A stretch of 64,000 nt of DNA from Phycisphaeraceae bacterium (lineage in GTDB: Bacteria; Planctomycetota; Phycisphaerae; Phycisphaerales; UBA1924): positions 1,205-65,204 of the forward strand of contig JAHCJH010000001.1 of the NCBI GenBank assembly GCA_026126345.1, read 5' to 3'. Below are positions 44,652-54,290 of this stretch, piece after piece. The notes beneath the pieces were generated by a model. That model was not told the DNA's origin. It saw nothing but the letters and a program-made list of their open reading frames with translations, and ran no database searches. Position 1 is the first letter of the stretch, and each line of letters starts with the position of its first letter. The translations under genes were made by a program, and so were the position numbers.

Positions 44652-45620
44652 ATGAAGATCCTGGTCGCGGACAAATTCGAGAAGATCGGCCTGGACGGGC
44701 TCAAGGCCCTGGGTTGCGACGTGGTCAGCATGCCTGACGTGGGCGCTGAGAAGCTGCCGGGTGCTCTGGCCGAGACCAACCCGCGGGTGCTGGTCGTTCG
44801 GGGAACCAAGGTCTCGGCCGACGCCATGGGTCGCGCACCGGCGCTGCAGGTGGTCATCCGGGCCGGCGCCGGGTACGACACCATCGACTGCGCCGGGGCC
44901 AGAGCCAGGAACATCGCGGTGTGCAACTGCCCGGGCATGAACGCCGCGGCGGTGGCCGAGCTGACGCTCGGTCTGCTGCTGGCGCTCGATCGGCAGATCG
45001 TCGAACAGACGATGGACCTCAAGGCGGGCGTGTGGAACAAGAAGGAGTACGGCAAGGCTCGGGGCGTCAAGGGGTGCACGCTGGGGGTGATCGGCCTCGG
45101 CTCGATCGGGCGCGAAGTGATCCGCAGGGCCCGGGCCTTCGGGATTCAGTGCTTCGCCCACTCGCTGAACATGACGCCCGAACGTGCGCTGGATCTTGGC
45201 GTGCAGAACGCCGGCCGCACCCGCGCGGACCTGCTGGCCATGCTGCCCAGGTGCGACGCGGTCACCGTGCACGTCGCGGCCAACAAGGAGAGTGACCGCA
45301 TGTGCGACGCGGAGTTCTTCAGGGCCATGAAGCCGGGCGCCGCGTTCATCAACACTTCGCGCGGAAGCGTCGTGGACGAGCCGGCCATGATCGAGGCGAT
45401 CCGCACCAAGGGGCTCCGAGTCGGGGCCGATGTGTACGCCGGCGAGCCGGCCGGCGGCCAGGAGAAGTGGAAGAGCGCGCTGGCCGACCTGCCGGGCGTC
45501 ATCGGCACGCACCACATCGGCGCCTCGACCGACCAGGCGCAGAACGCCGTGGCCGACGAGGTGGTGCGGATCGTCAAGGTGTTCAAGGAAACGGGAGCCG
45601 CGGAGAACCGTGTGAACTGA
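44652..45620 (+). CDS. D-isomer-specific 2-hydroxyacid dehydrogenase (phosphoglycerate dehydrogenase-like)
   Basis: MKILVADK..., NAD motif GVIGLGSIGREV, and the catalytic region NTSRGSVVD ... GTHHIGAST. Confidence 0.88.
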   Translation: MKILVADKFEKIGLDGLKALGCDVVSMPDVGAEKLPGALAETNPRVLVVRGTKVSADAMGRAPALQVVIRAGAGYDTIDCAGARARNIAVCNCPGMNAAAVAELTLGLLLALDRQIVEQTMDLKAGVWNKKEYGKARGVKGCTLGVIGLGSIGREVIRRARAFGIQCFAHSLNMTPERALDLGVQNAGRTRADLLAMLPRCDAVTVHVAANKESDRMCDAEFFRAMKPGAAFINTSRGSVVDEPAMIEAIRTKGLRVGADVYAGEPAGGQEKWKSALADLPGVIGTHHIGASTDQAQNAVADEVVRIVKVFKETGAAENRVN

Positions 45621-45633
45621 TCCCGTGCGGCGT

Positions 45634-46635
45634 TCATCCGGGGCGCGACGGCGGCTCCATGTCCAGTGCAACGTCGAGCCACGTTGCCCCGTGCGTCAGC
45701 GATCCTGTTGAAATCCGGTCAACGCCGGTCGCGGCGATCGCGCCGACCGTCTCGATCGTCACCCCGCCGGAGGCCTCGAGTTGGGTGCGGGTGTTGGCCT
45801 GGTCACGCAACTGGACGGCGCGGCGCAGCGTCGGAGGGTCCATGTTGTCCAGCAGCACGATGTCGATGCCGCAGGGCGCTGGGCCGCCGGCGGCGGGGGC
45901 CTGAGGTCCGCCCAGCAACGCCGCCAGCTGATCCAGCGTGTCCACCTCCAGCATCACGAACCGCAGGCCCTCGCGGCCCGCCTCGTCGCGGGCGCGGGCT
46001 GCGGCGTGCGTGACCGTCTCGGCGAACGCCCCCGGACCACCGGATGCGGGAATGCGCACGGCGGCCAGGTGGTTGTCCTTGATAAGCACGGCGTCGAACA
46101 GGCCCAGGCGGTGGCACCGGCCGCCGCCGCAGCGAACGGCATACTTCTCGAGCGTCCGCAGCCCCGGGGTAGTCTTGCGCGTGTCGTAGACGCCGGCCTT
46201 GGCGCCGCCGACCGCCGCGGCCTGAACGAACCTGGCTGTACGCGTGGCGATGCCGCTGAGCCTGCCCAACAGGTTGAGGACCGGCCGCTCGGCGCCGAGG
46301 ATGGCGCGCAGGTTGCCGGTCAGGGTGCCGACGACGGCGCCAGCCTCAACGTGCTGACCGTCGGCCACGGTCTGGGCAAAGTCCACATCGGCCCGGTAGA
46401 GGTGCAGCACCTCGTCGACGCATGCCAGGCCCGCCGCGACACCGGCGGTTCTGAAGACGATCGAAGCCCGTCCGCGCAGGTGGCCGGGGACGAAAGCCCG
46501 GCTGGTAACGTCCCCCTGCTCCCACCGCTCGCCGAGGTCCTCGTCGCGCGCCAGTTCGAGCAAGCGCGTGACCAGTCCCGAGGCGCGGAGCGTCCGGTAG
46601 AGGTCGGCCAGCGGCAGCGTGTTCAGGTCGATCAT
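45634..46635 (-). CDS. nadC: Nicotinate-nucleotide pyrophosphorylase (quinolinate phosphoribosyltransferase)
   Basis: DTRKTTPGLRTLEKYAVRCGGGRCHRLGLFDAVLIKDNH, VLLDNM and EASGGVT signatures. Confidence 0.92.
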   Translation of the reverse strand: MIDLNTLPLADLYRTLRASGLVTRLLELARDEDLGERWEQGDVTSRAFVPGHLRGRASIVFRTAGVAAGLACVDEVLHLYRADVDFAQTVADGQHVEAGAVVGTLTGNLRAILGAERPVLNLLGRLSGIATRTARFVQAAAVGGAKAGVYDTRKTTPGLRTLEKYAVRCGGGRCHRLGLFDAVLIKDNHLAAVRIPASGGPGAFAETVTHAAARARDEAGREGLRFVMLEVDTLDQLAALLGGPQAPAAGGPAPCGIDIVLLDNMDPPTLRRAVQLRDQANTRTQLEASGGVTIETVGAIAATGVDRISTGSLTHGATWLDVALDMEPPSRPG

Positions 46636-46705
46636 GCCTGCGGAATCGCTCGGGGCCAGTGTACCGCGCGGGACAACATGGCGACGGGTTCGCTATGCTC
46701 CGATC

Positions 46706-47491
46706 ATGAGCCTGCTTCAGGGACAAACCGGTTTGATCGTCGGGATCGCCAACGAGCGGTCGTACGCCTGGTTCATCGCGCAGGAGTTTCTGCGCCACGG
46801 CGGCCGGTGCGTCTTCACACACCTTCCAGGCGACAAGAACGCGCACCGCACGCGCCGATCGGTCGAAGCCCTGGGCGTCACCGACCCCGTGCTGATACCG
46901 ATGGACGCCTCGAAGGACGCGGACCTCGACGCGGCATTCGGCCGGTACGCCGAGATGCACGACCGGATGGACTTCCTGGTGCACTCGATCGCCTTCGCCG
47001 ACCGTCAGTGGCTGGCGCCTGGGAAGTTCGCCGAAACTCCGCGCGAGGCGTACACCCAGGCGGTGGACATCTCCGCGTACACGCTGCTGGCCATGGCCCG
47101 AAGGGCCCGGCCGATCATGGCCCGCTCGGGCGGCGGCTCGATCATGTGCATGTCGTACTACGGCGGCGAGAAGGTCGTGCCGGGGTACAACGTGATGGGC
47201 GTCGCCAAGGCGGCGCTGGAGTGCACGGCGCGCTACCTGGCGTGGGAACTCGGCCCTGAGAAGATTCGCGTCAACACCATTTCCGGCGGCTACTTGCGCA
47301 CGCTCGCTTCCTCGGCGGTCGGCGGGGCGGACGCGATCACCGAGCACGTCGAAAAGAACAGCCCGCTCCGCCGCAACGTCGAAGGCGGCGACGTCGGCAA
47401 GACGGCCGTCTACCTGGCCAGCGACCTGTCCAGCGGCGTCACCGGCGAGACCGTGTACGTGGATTGCGGCATCAACACCTTGGGCCTGTAG
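46706..47491 (+). CDS. fabI: Enoyl-[acyl-carrier-protein] reductase (NADH)
   Basis: LIVGIANERSYAWFIAQ, SIAFA and YNVMGVAKAALE (the Tyr-x6-Lys region) match FabI. Confidence 0.93.
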   Translation: MSLLQGQTGLIVGIANERSYAWFIAQEFLRHGGRCVFTHLPGDKNAHRTRRSVEALGVTDPVLIPMDASKDADLDAAFGRYAEMHDRMDFLVHSIAFADRQWLAPGKFAETPREAYTQAVDISAYTLLAMARRARPIMARSGGGSIMCMSYYGGEKVVPGYNVMGVAKAALECTARYLAWELGPEKIRVNTISGGYLRTLASSAVGGADAITEHVEKNSPLRRNVEGGDVGKTAVYLASDLSSGVTGETVYVDCGINTLGL

Positions 47492-47593
47492 GTCCGGATC
47501 GCTGGACCGGTAATCGCGGGCCTGGCTCGCGGCGGAACGCCCGCGCGAGGCCCCCGTTGCAGACCCGGCTGCTGACCGGTCGATACGCGTTCC

Positions 47594-47878
47594 ATGAGCA
47601 CGATCGGCACCAGCGTGGCCCAGGCCATCGCCGGGTCGGATCCGGCCAAGGCCGCCTCCTCCAAGGAGCCGGCACGCCGGGCCAAGGACGCCGAACGCCG
47701 CGACCTCAAACGCGGTGACGTGGTCGAAATCGTCGTGCCCTCGCCGGACGCTGTCGAAGCCGGTCGCGGCGCCGATACCTCGACCGACAAGCGGCGCCAG
47801 CCCGATCCGCGCGGGGCGAGGCCATCGGCGAAGTCGCCGAAGAAGCCCGACCGACCGAGCCTGGACGTGCAGGGCTGA
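47594..47878 (+). CDS. Small basic hypothetical protein
   Basis: 94-codon ATG ORF with consistently high third-position GC in an otherwise unassigned gap. No recognisable motif. Confidence 0.4.
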   Translation: MSTIGTSVAQAIAGSDPAKAASSKEPARRAKDAERRDLKRGDVVEIVVPSPDAVEAGRGADTSTDKRRQPDPRGARPSAKSPKKPDRPSLDVQG

Positions 47879-47893
47879 AGGGCGCGGGCGTGC

Positions 47894-48718
47894 TCAGTCC
47901 TTGACGCCGAAGAACCGCTTGACGCCGTGCAGGGTCACGGCCCGGCCCATCGCGGCGATGGACTCGGTCAGCGGGATCTTCTTGGGGCAGACCTTGACGC
48001 AGTTCTGGGCGTTGCCGCAGTCGGACACGCCGCCGGGGCCCGAGAGCGCATCGAGCCGCTGCGTGGCCAGCTCCTTGCCCGTGTCGTGCAGGTTGAACAA
48101 CCGGGCCTGGCTGATCGCGTGGGCCCCGATGAACGAGGTATTCCAGGCGGCGGGGTCCGGCTCCGGTGTGAACTGAGGGCACGCCTCCAGGCAGCAGCCG
48201 CACGACATGCAGGTGCTCAGGGTGTAGCGGACCTCCTGTTTCTCCGGGCTCTCGCGCGGGCCCGAGCCCTGGTTGTACGTGCCGTCGATGGGCACCCAGG
48301 CCTTGACCCGGCGAAGGTTGTGGAACAGCCGCGAACGGTCCACCATCAGGTCGCGCATGACCGGGAACTTGGTCATCGGCTCGAGCGTGATGGTGTCGCC
48401 CTCGGCCGGGGCCAGGTCGTCGATGAGCGCCGAGCACGACTGCCGCACCTTGCCGTTGATCACCATGGTGCAGGCGCCGCACACTTCTTCCAGGCAGCCG
48501 CTGTCCCACACCGGAGGAGTCGTGCGTTGCCCCCCGTCGGTCGTGGGGTGGGCCGCGATCCACTGCAGCACCGAGATGATGTTGGCGCCGGGCTCGACCG
48601 GAACCTTGAACGACTCGAACCGCGCGGGCTTGCCCGGGCCGTCGCAGCGTTTGATGCGCACGGTGATGCTGCGGGCGGCGGAGCGGGGCTTGCTGGCGGT
48701 GGGTGTGCCGTTGTTCAT
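47894..48718 (-). CDS. sdhB: Succinate dehydrogenase / fumarate reductase iron-sulfur subunit
   Basis: 2Fe-2S (CLEEVCGACTMVING), 4Fe-4S (CMSCGCCLEACP) and 3Fe-4S (CGNAQNCVKVCP) cysteine clusters. Confidence 0.95.
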   Translation of the reverse strand: MNNGTPTASKPRSAARSITVRIKRCDGPGKPARFESFKVPVEPGANIISVLQWIAAHPTTDGGQRTTPPVWDSGCLEEVCGACTMVINGKVRQSCSALIDDLAPAEGDTITLEPMTKFPVMRDLMVDRSRLFHNLRRVKAWVPIDGTYNQGSGPRESPEKQEVRYTLSTCMSCGCCLEACPQFTPEPDPAAWNTSFIGAHAISQARLFNLHDTGKELATQRLDALSGPGGVSDCGNAQNCVKVCPKKIPLTESIAAMGRAVTLHGVKRFFGVKD

Positions 48719-48785
48719 GTGCGGGGCCGTTTCTTCGTGACGCGTGCTCTCGGCGTGCTCGCGGGATCGTTCTGGGCTGGAGGAG

Positions 48786-50684
48786 TCAGGTCAGCGCGGG
48801 CTGGCGGGCCGGCGCGGCGGACTTGGCTGTCGATTCAACCTTGCCGTAGTTGCGGACGCGGGGCTTGACCAGCGCCGTGTCCACCTCCTGGTAGCTCAAC
48901 TGATGCGTGCCGCCGGCCGCGTCGAACTTGCTGACGCTCGTTCTCAGGAAGTCCGCATCGTTGCGGTCGGGGAAATCCTCGCGGTAGTGGCTCCCGCGGC
49001 TTTCCTTGCGGGCCAACCCGGTCAGCAGAATGCTCTCGGCGAGCAGCAGCATGTCGCCCGTGGCGCGGGCGAAGGCCAGGGACTGGTTGGTCCACATGGC
49101 CGTGTCGTCCAGCCGCAGGCGGGCGTACCGGGCCTTGAGCGCCGCGATCTTCGTCAACGCCTGCTGGAGCCGGGCCGCGGTCTTGACGACCGTGCTCGCG
49201 GCGGTCATCTCCTCGCCCATCTCCCTGGCGATGAGGTAGGCGTTGTCGTTGGGGTCGGACCCGCCACCCTCGGGCCCGCGGATGAGCCGGTCCTGGCGCG
49301 CGGACTCGTCGGCGACCGCCGCGTCGAGCAGCGCCTGGGGCGTGGCGCCGGTCGGCGCGTTGTCGCGGACGAAATTGGCGACCGACTGCCCGCAGAACAG
49401 CCCGTCGAAGATGCACGACAGCAACGCGTTGGCGCCCAGGCGGTTGGCCCCGTGGTAGGCGAAGTTGACCTCGCCGAACGCGTAGAGGCCGCCGATATTG
49501 GTCATCATCTGCCCGGGGTTGCCCGGTTCGAGGCCGCGGTGATCGGCCTTGGGCACGTGGCGCGTCCACAGACCGCCCATGGAGTAGTGCACGGCAGGGA
49601 AGATCTTCATCGGGACCTTGTGCGGATCGTCACCGACGAACTTGGAGTAGATCTCGAGGATCCCGTCGAGCTTGTGCAGCGTCGAGGCCGGCAGGTGGGT
49701 CAGGTCGAGGTAGACCTGGTTGCCGCCGCCGACGCCCATGCCGTCCATGCAGACCTTGAAGATCTCCCGCGTGGCGATGTCGCGGGGCACCAGGTTGCCG
49801 TACTTGGGGTACTTCTCTTCGAGGAAGTACCAGCGTTCGCCGGCGGGGATGTCATTGGGGTGGCGGGTGTCGCTCTGGCGGCGCGGCACCCAGACGCGCC
49901 CGCCCTCGCCCCGGGCGGATTCGGACATGAGGCGGCACTTGTCGGCGCCGGGGATGGCCGTGGGGTGCACCTGGATGAACTCGCCGTTGGCGTACCAGAC
50001 ACCGTGCCGGTAGCAGCGGGCTGCGGCGGCGCCGGTGCAGACGATCGAGTTGGTGCTCTTGCCGAAGACCAGCCCGCACCCGCCGGTGGCCATGACGACC
50101 GCCTCGGCGCGGAACGCGCGGATCTGCATGGTGCGCAGGTCCTGGGCGACGATGCCCACGCAGCGAGCCTGGTCGCCCTGACCCTCGATGATGGGTCGCA
50201 GGAACTCCCAGTGCTCGTACTTGGTGACGCGCCCTTCGTCCTCGCGCCGGCGGACCTGCTCGTCCAGCGCGTAGAGCAGCTGCTGGCCGGTGGTGGCGCC
50301 GGCGAAGTGCGTCCGCTTGTACAGCGAGCCCCCGAACAGCCGCAGGTCGCGGAACCCCTCGGGCGTGCGGTTGAACGGAACGCCCATGCGGTCGAGCAGG
50401 TCGATGATCTTCGGCGCGAAGTGCGTCATCTCGAACACCGGCGGCTGGTCCGCAAGGAAGTCGCCGCCGTAGATCGTCTCGTCGAAGTGCTCGTACTCGC
50501 TGTAGCCCTGCTGGCGGGCGACCTCGTTGCACGCGTTGATGCCCCCCTGGGCGCACACGCTGTGGCTGCGCTTCACGGGCACGACGCTGAACAGGTCCAC
50601 CGGCAGGCCCGACTCGGTGATGCGCACCGTTGCCGCCAGGCCGGCCAGGCCGCCGCCCACCACGATCACGCGCTTGTCTGCCAT
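48786..50684 (-). CDS. sdhA: Succinate dehydrogenase / fumarate reductase flavoprotein subunit
   Basis: FAD motif VIVVGGGLAGLAA. RSHSVCAQGGINA carries the covalent-FAD His region. HYSMGG and ESRGSHYRED are also present. Confidence 0.96.
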   Translation of the reverse strand: MADKRVIVVGGGLAGLAATVRITESGLPVDLFSVVPVKRSHSVCAQGGINACNEVARQQGYSEYEHFDETIYGGDFLADQPPVFEMTHFAPKIIDLLDRMGVPFNRTPEGFRDLRLFGGSLYKRTHFAGATTGQQLLYALDEQVRRREDEGRVTKYEHWEFLRPIIEGQGDQARCVGIVAQDLRTMQIRAFRAEAVVMATGGCGLVFGKSTNSIVCTGAAAARCYRHGVWYANGEFIQVHPTAIPGADKCRLMSESARGEGGRVWVPRRQSDTRHPNDIPAGERWYFLEEKYPKYGNLVPRDIATREIFKVCMDGMGVGGGNQVYLDLTHLPASTLHKLDGILEIYSKFVGDDPHKVPMKIFPAVHYSMGGLWTRHVPKADHRGLEPGNPGQMMTNIGGLYAFGEVNFAYHGANRLGANALLSCIFDGLFCGQSVANFVRDNAPTGATPQALLDAAVADESARQDRLIRGPEGGGSDPNDNAYLIAREMGEEMTAASTVVKTAARLQQALTKIAALKARYARLRLDDTAMWTNQSLAFARATGDMLLLAESILLTGLARKESRGSHYREDFPDRNDADFLRTSVSKFDAAGGTHQLSYQEVDTALVKPRVRNYGKVESTAKSAAPARQPALT

Positions 50685-50760
50685 TCCGGGTGCCAGGGTC
50701 TGATCCTTCTCGTAACGGCCGGCCGCGTGCTGGTCGGTCCGCGGGACGTTCCGGGTTTGC

Positions 50761-51546
50761 TCAGGGCTTGGGGGCGGGCAAAACCTCGGCGGCGCCGCCC
50801 TTGCCCGCGGCGTGCCGCAACTCGATCTCCCGGGCCTTGACCGGGTCGATGGTCGCGAAGCCGAGCACCGACGCCCAGCCGGCGAGCATCAGAGCGGCGC
50901 CCACGCCGGCGCAGACGTACCCCCACTGCTTCTGCGCCCGCGCGCTGATCGTCAGGCCCCAGGTGATCGCGCTGGTCCAGAGGCCATTGGCGAAGTGGAA
51001 GACCAGCATCGACACGCACACGAAGTACGCCGCCGACACCGCGGCGCCCGCCGCCGTCCACTCATCCCCGCCACGCAAAATCTGGGCCATCGTCGAGGCG
51101 GCGAAGTTGTGCTTCCACTCCACGCCGCCCGGGACCATCCACGTCCAGCCCCAGCGGAGCGTGGCAACGTGGTAGAAGATGAACAGGATGCCGATGTACC
51201 CGCTGGTGCGCTGCAGCGTGTACCGCCAGTTGGCCTGATACGGATACGCGCCGGTGTTGGGCCGGCCCGTGCGCGCGTAATACACGCCCAGCAGGGAATG
51301 GAACGCGATCGGCAGCCAGAGCCCGAAGACCTCGACCAGCAGCAGGAAGGGCGTGGAGTGGATGAAGTCCACCTCGGCCTGGAACGTACGCACGCCGCGC
51401 TCCAGAGCCGTGGCCCCCTCGCGCGAGTCCAGCATGCCCCAGACGATCGAGGCGTTGGTCGTGAGGTGGAACAGCAGGAACACGCCGATGGGCATCACGC
51501 CCGTGAGCGAGTGCAGGCGGCGGAGCAGGAAGTAGTTCCGCTGCAT
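50761..51546 (-). CDS. sdhC: Succinate dehydrogenase cytochrome b subunit (single large subunit, B. subtilis type)
   Basis: MQRNYFLLRRLHSLTGVMPIGVFLLFHL resembles the B. subtilis-type SdhC N-terminus. About 5 TM helices with conserved His. It lies directly upstream of sdhA-sdhB. Confidence 0.87.
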   Translation of the reverse strand: MQRNYFLLRRLHSLTGVMPIGVFLLFHLTTNASIVWGMLDSREGATALERGVRTFQAEVDFIHSTPFLLLVEVFGLWLPIAFHSLLGVYYARTGRPNTGAYPYQANWRYTLQRTSGYIGILFIFYHVATLRWGWTWMVPGGVEWKHNFAASTMAQILRGGDEWTAAGAAVSAAYFVCVSMLVFHFANGLWTSAITWGLTISARAQKQWGYVCAGVGAALMLAGWASVLGFATIDPVKAREIELRHAAGKGGAAEVLPAPKP

Positions 51547-51724
51547 GAACGATTCGTTGGTGGTCACGGCAGCTCCCGGGCGGGGCGGAGCATCTCGCCG
51601 ACGGGCCGGGCCGGCCGATGAGCCGGTGCGTGCGGGGCCGACGGGAGAGCGACGCCCGTTTCGGGCATTGTTTACCGTTCGACGGCCGGGTTCCAGTCGT
51701 GCTGCGATCCGACGTCCGGTCGGA

Positions 51725-52264
51725 TTACACGCCCGCCGGCGGCGGCGCCACAGCGCCGCCCGCGGCTCCCTTGCGGGCCGCGTTCTCGACATACTTGCCG
51801 ATCTCCACGTATCGCATGCGCAGTTCGTACAGCGCCTGGTTGAGGTCCGCGGCCTCTTCGGGCGTCAAGTTGCCCTTGCACTTGGCCTCGAGCACGCCGA
51901 GCAAATCAATGTGGAACCTCGCATAGTCAAGCGAGACAATGGCGCGTCCCGTTTGCGGATCGGGAAACCCGCCGAGGTAGAGCAGCGCCTGGGTCACCAG
52001 GGTGCCAACGAGCGCGTTGAAGTCCGCATCGGGCATCTCGCGCTGGCCGCGCGCGCCGGCCGGATCGCCCGGCTTGGCGGTGGCCTTCTTGGCCTCTTCC
52101 GCCTTGGCCAGCCGGTCCTTTTCCGCCTGGGCCTGCGACTTCCAGTCCGAATCCACGACCAGTTTCGGCGGGGCCGGCTCACCGCCCGTCGGCTTGGGCT
52201 CGGTCGAGCCGGATTTCTTCCAATCGTCGTCGAGGATCAGTTTGGGACCGGTGGATTCTGACAT
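51725..52264 (-). CDS. DUF1844 domain protein
   Basis: ADFNALVGTLVTQALLYLGGFPDPQTGRAIVSLDYARFHIDLLGVLEAKCKGNLTPEEAADLNQALYELRMRYVE matches the DUF1844 pattern as I remember it. ATG at 52264. Confidence 0.78.
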   Translation of the reverse strand: MSESTGPKLILDDDWKKSGSTEPKPTGGEPAPPKLVVDSDWKSQAQAEKDRLAKAEEAKKATAKPGDPAGARGQREMPDADFNALVGTLVTQALLYLGGFPDPQTGRAIVSLDYARFHIDLLGVLEAKCKGNLTPEEAADLNQALYELRMRYVEIGKYVENAARKGAAGGAVAPPPAGV

Positions 52265-52357
52265 GTGGGCTCCCCTGATGGTCCGGGATGGTATTCTCCC
52301 GGCCGGTGCGGCCCACCGCAATCGTTGCCCGGCCGATCCCGCGTACCCGAGGTGGAC

Positions 52358-53746
52358 ATGAGCACGATGCTCCGAGCGAATCACGGATGGACGGTGTTCG
52401 GCCTGGTGGCGGCCGCGGGCCTGTCGCTCACCGTGAGCGGATGCGGCCAGCAGGCTTCCGACCGAGTCCCGGGCGGTGGCGGGCCGCTGGCGATCGACGC
52501 GTTCAAGGGTGAGCCGGCGCCGGCGTTGCCCCAACCGTCCAGCCCCCCCACTTCAACCCTCGCCGGAGAACCGGGCAAGCCGCAGCCTGCTGCGCGCCCG
52601 GTCGCGATCAGCGAGGCAGCCCTCACCGGCGGCGTGCGCGATGTCGTGGTCCTGGCGGGCGACCCGAAAGACGCCGTAGTCGCCACGGCCCGGCCCGTTT
52701 CTCAGCCGGCGTTCCTCGACGGCGTGATCGGCCAGATCAACGGCAAGCCGGTGTACGCCGACCGCTTCCTGGGTCGGCTCGACGGGCAACTGCGGGCGCT
52801 GGTCAAGCAGACCCGTAGCAACCGGGAATGGCTTCAGGCCGCCGCCAAACTGATCCGCGAACTGCTGGTCTCGGACATCCGCGACGAGTTGCTGCTGGCC
52901 GAAGCCCGAGCTGCGCTGACGCCCGAGGAGAAAGCGGGGCTTGTGTTCTTCCTCACGTCGATCCGGGAGAACCTGGCGAGCCTGGCCGGCGGGTCCGAGG
53001 AACGTGCCGAGGAGCGCGTGCTGGAGGCCGAGGGCAAGACCCTCACGGAGAAGGCCAAGGACGAGCGCGATAAGGCGCTGATCGGCCGGTTGTTCTCGCA
53101 GCAGATCCAGCCGCGAGTGAACGTCTCGTGGCGTGACGTGAGAAAGGCCTACGAACGGAGCTACGCCGAGTTCAACCCGCCGCCGATCGCGCATTTCCGC
53201 ATGATCTGGGCGGCGCCCGACGCGCCCGGAAAACCCTCGCCGAAGGCGGAGATCACGCGCCTGCTCGGCGAGGGCAGGACGTTCGAGGAAGTGGCGCGCA
53301 GCGAGTTCAACGCGTTCTCGCGGGCCGACGGCGGCGCGGTGCCGCCTCGCCCTGTGGAGGGGCCGTACCGCGAGGCGACGCTGTTCGCGGATCCCACGCT
53401 CAACGCCCGCGCCCGGGACCTTTCGCCCGGCCAATCCGTCGGGCCGTTCGAGTTCCAGAATCGGTCGGTGTGGATCCTGCTGGAGCGGCTGGAGCAGAAG
53501 CCCGGGCGCTCTCTCGCCGACGCCCAGATCGAGATCGCCCGCGCGCTGCGGGCCCGGAAGTACAACGAAGAAATCGCGCGGTATTTCCAGCGGATCCTGG
53601 AGCGCGGATCGTTCAGCGACATCGACGCCATGACCGAGCGACTGCTGGTCCTGGCGTCGGAACGCTACCTGACCGCCGACCGGGCTCGTGAGCCGGCGCC
53701 GCCGACCTCGGGCGCGCCCGCGGGGGCCGAACGGAGTGCTCCGTAA
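52358..53746 (+). CDS. SurA-N-like periplasmic chaperone lipoprotein
   Basis: Lipobox LSLTVSGC after MSTMLRANHGWTVFGLVAAAG, followed by a SurA-N-like helical region (INGKPVYADRFL...). Function tentative. Confidence 0.75.
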   Translation: MSTMLRANHGWTVFGLVAAAGLSLTVSGCGQQASDRVPGGGGPLAIDAFKGEPAPALPQPSSPPTSTLAGEPGKPQPAARPVAISEAALTGGVRDVVVLAGDPKDAVVATARPVSQPAFLDGVIGQINGKPVYADRFLGRLDGQLRALVKQTRSNREWLQAAAKLIRELLVSDIRDELLLAEARAALTPEEKAGLVFFLTSIRENLASLAGGSEERAEERVLEAEGKTLTEKAKDERDKALIGRLFSQQIQPRVNVSWRDVRKAYERSYAEFNPPPIAHFRMIWAAPDAPGKPSPKAEITRLLGEGRTFEEVARSEFNAFSRADGGAVPPRPVEGPYREATLFADPTLNARARDLSPGQSVGPFEFQNRSVWILLERLEQKPGRSLADAQIEIARALRARKYNEEIARYFQRILERGSFSDIDAMTERLLVLASERYLTADRAREPAPPTSGAPAGAERSAP

Positions 53747-54290
53747 GCTCCTCCAACGCGCGGGGATCTCGAGCAAGCGACCCGCCGCCGGGGCCGATGC
53801 CCGGGCCGCGGCCAAACGGGCCCTTGGTTCCGAGGGCGAGCGCCTGGCCGCCGGGCATCTCGAACGGAACGGCTACCGCGTCCTCGCCCGCAACTTCGTC
53901 GCGCCGATGGGCGAGGTCGATCTGCTGGCGCGAACCGCGGACGGGCGCGTCAACGTGCTCGTCGAGGTCAAGACACGCACGGTGAACCCGTCGACGGAGC
54001 GCCCACCGCCCGAAGCGCAGATCACGCCCGACAAGGCACGGACCCTCCGCGCCCTGGCCCGTCACCTGGCCCGCGCCAACCGATGGGCATGGGCGTCGGT
54101 CCGCATCGACGTGATCGCGATCGAGATCACGACCGGGCGTGCACCGACCATCCGCCATCACCAGGCCGCCGTGGCGCTCGCTTCCGAGCCCGCGCGGCTC
54201 AGGACTTCTGCCCGGCGAGCGACGAGCGGAACGACAATTCCATCTTCGTCTGTGCCGAAACGGAAGGGTCCAGGCGCAGCGGCAGGATGA
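53736..54290 (+). CDS. yraN: YraN family (UPF0102) endonuclease-like protein
   Basis: GSEGERLAAGHLERNGYRVLARNFVAPMGEVDLLARTADGRVNVLVEVKTR is the YraN core. The start is uncertain (GTG 53736 or GTG 53688). The 3' end overlaps the convergent kinase gene by 92 nt. Confidence 0.72.
   Translation: MLRKLLQRAGISSKRPAAGADARAAAKRALGSEGERLAAGHLERNGYRVLARNFVAPMGEVDLLARTADGRVNVLVEVKTRTVNPSTERPPPEAQITPDKARTLRALARHLARANRWAWASVRIDVIAIEITTGRAPTIRHHQAAVALASEPARLRTSARRATSGTTIPSSSVPKRKGPGAAAG

Noticed and set aside
48744-50840. 698-aa plus-strand ORF
   Set aside because: It is antisense to sdhA, which has unmistakable flavoprotein motifs.
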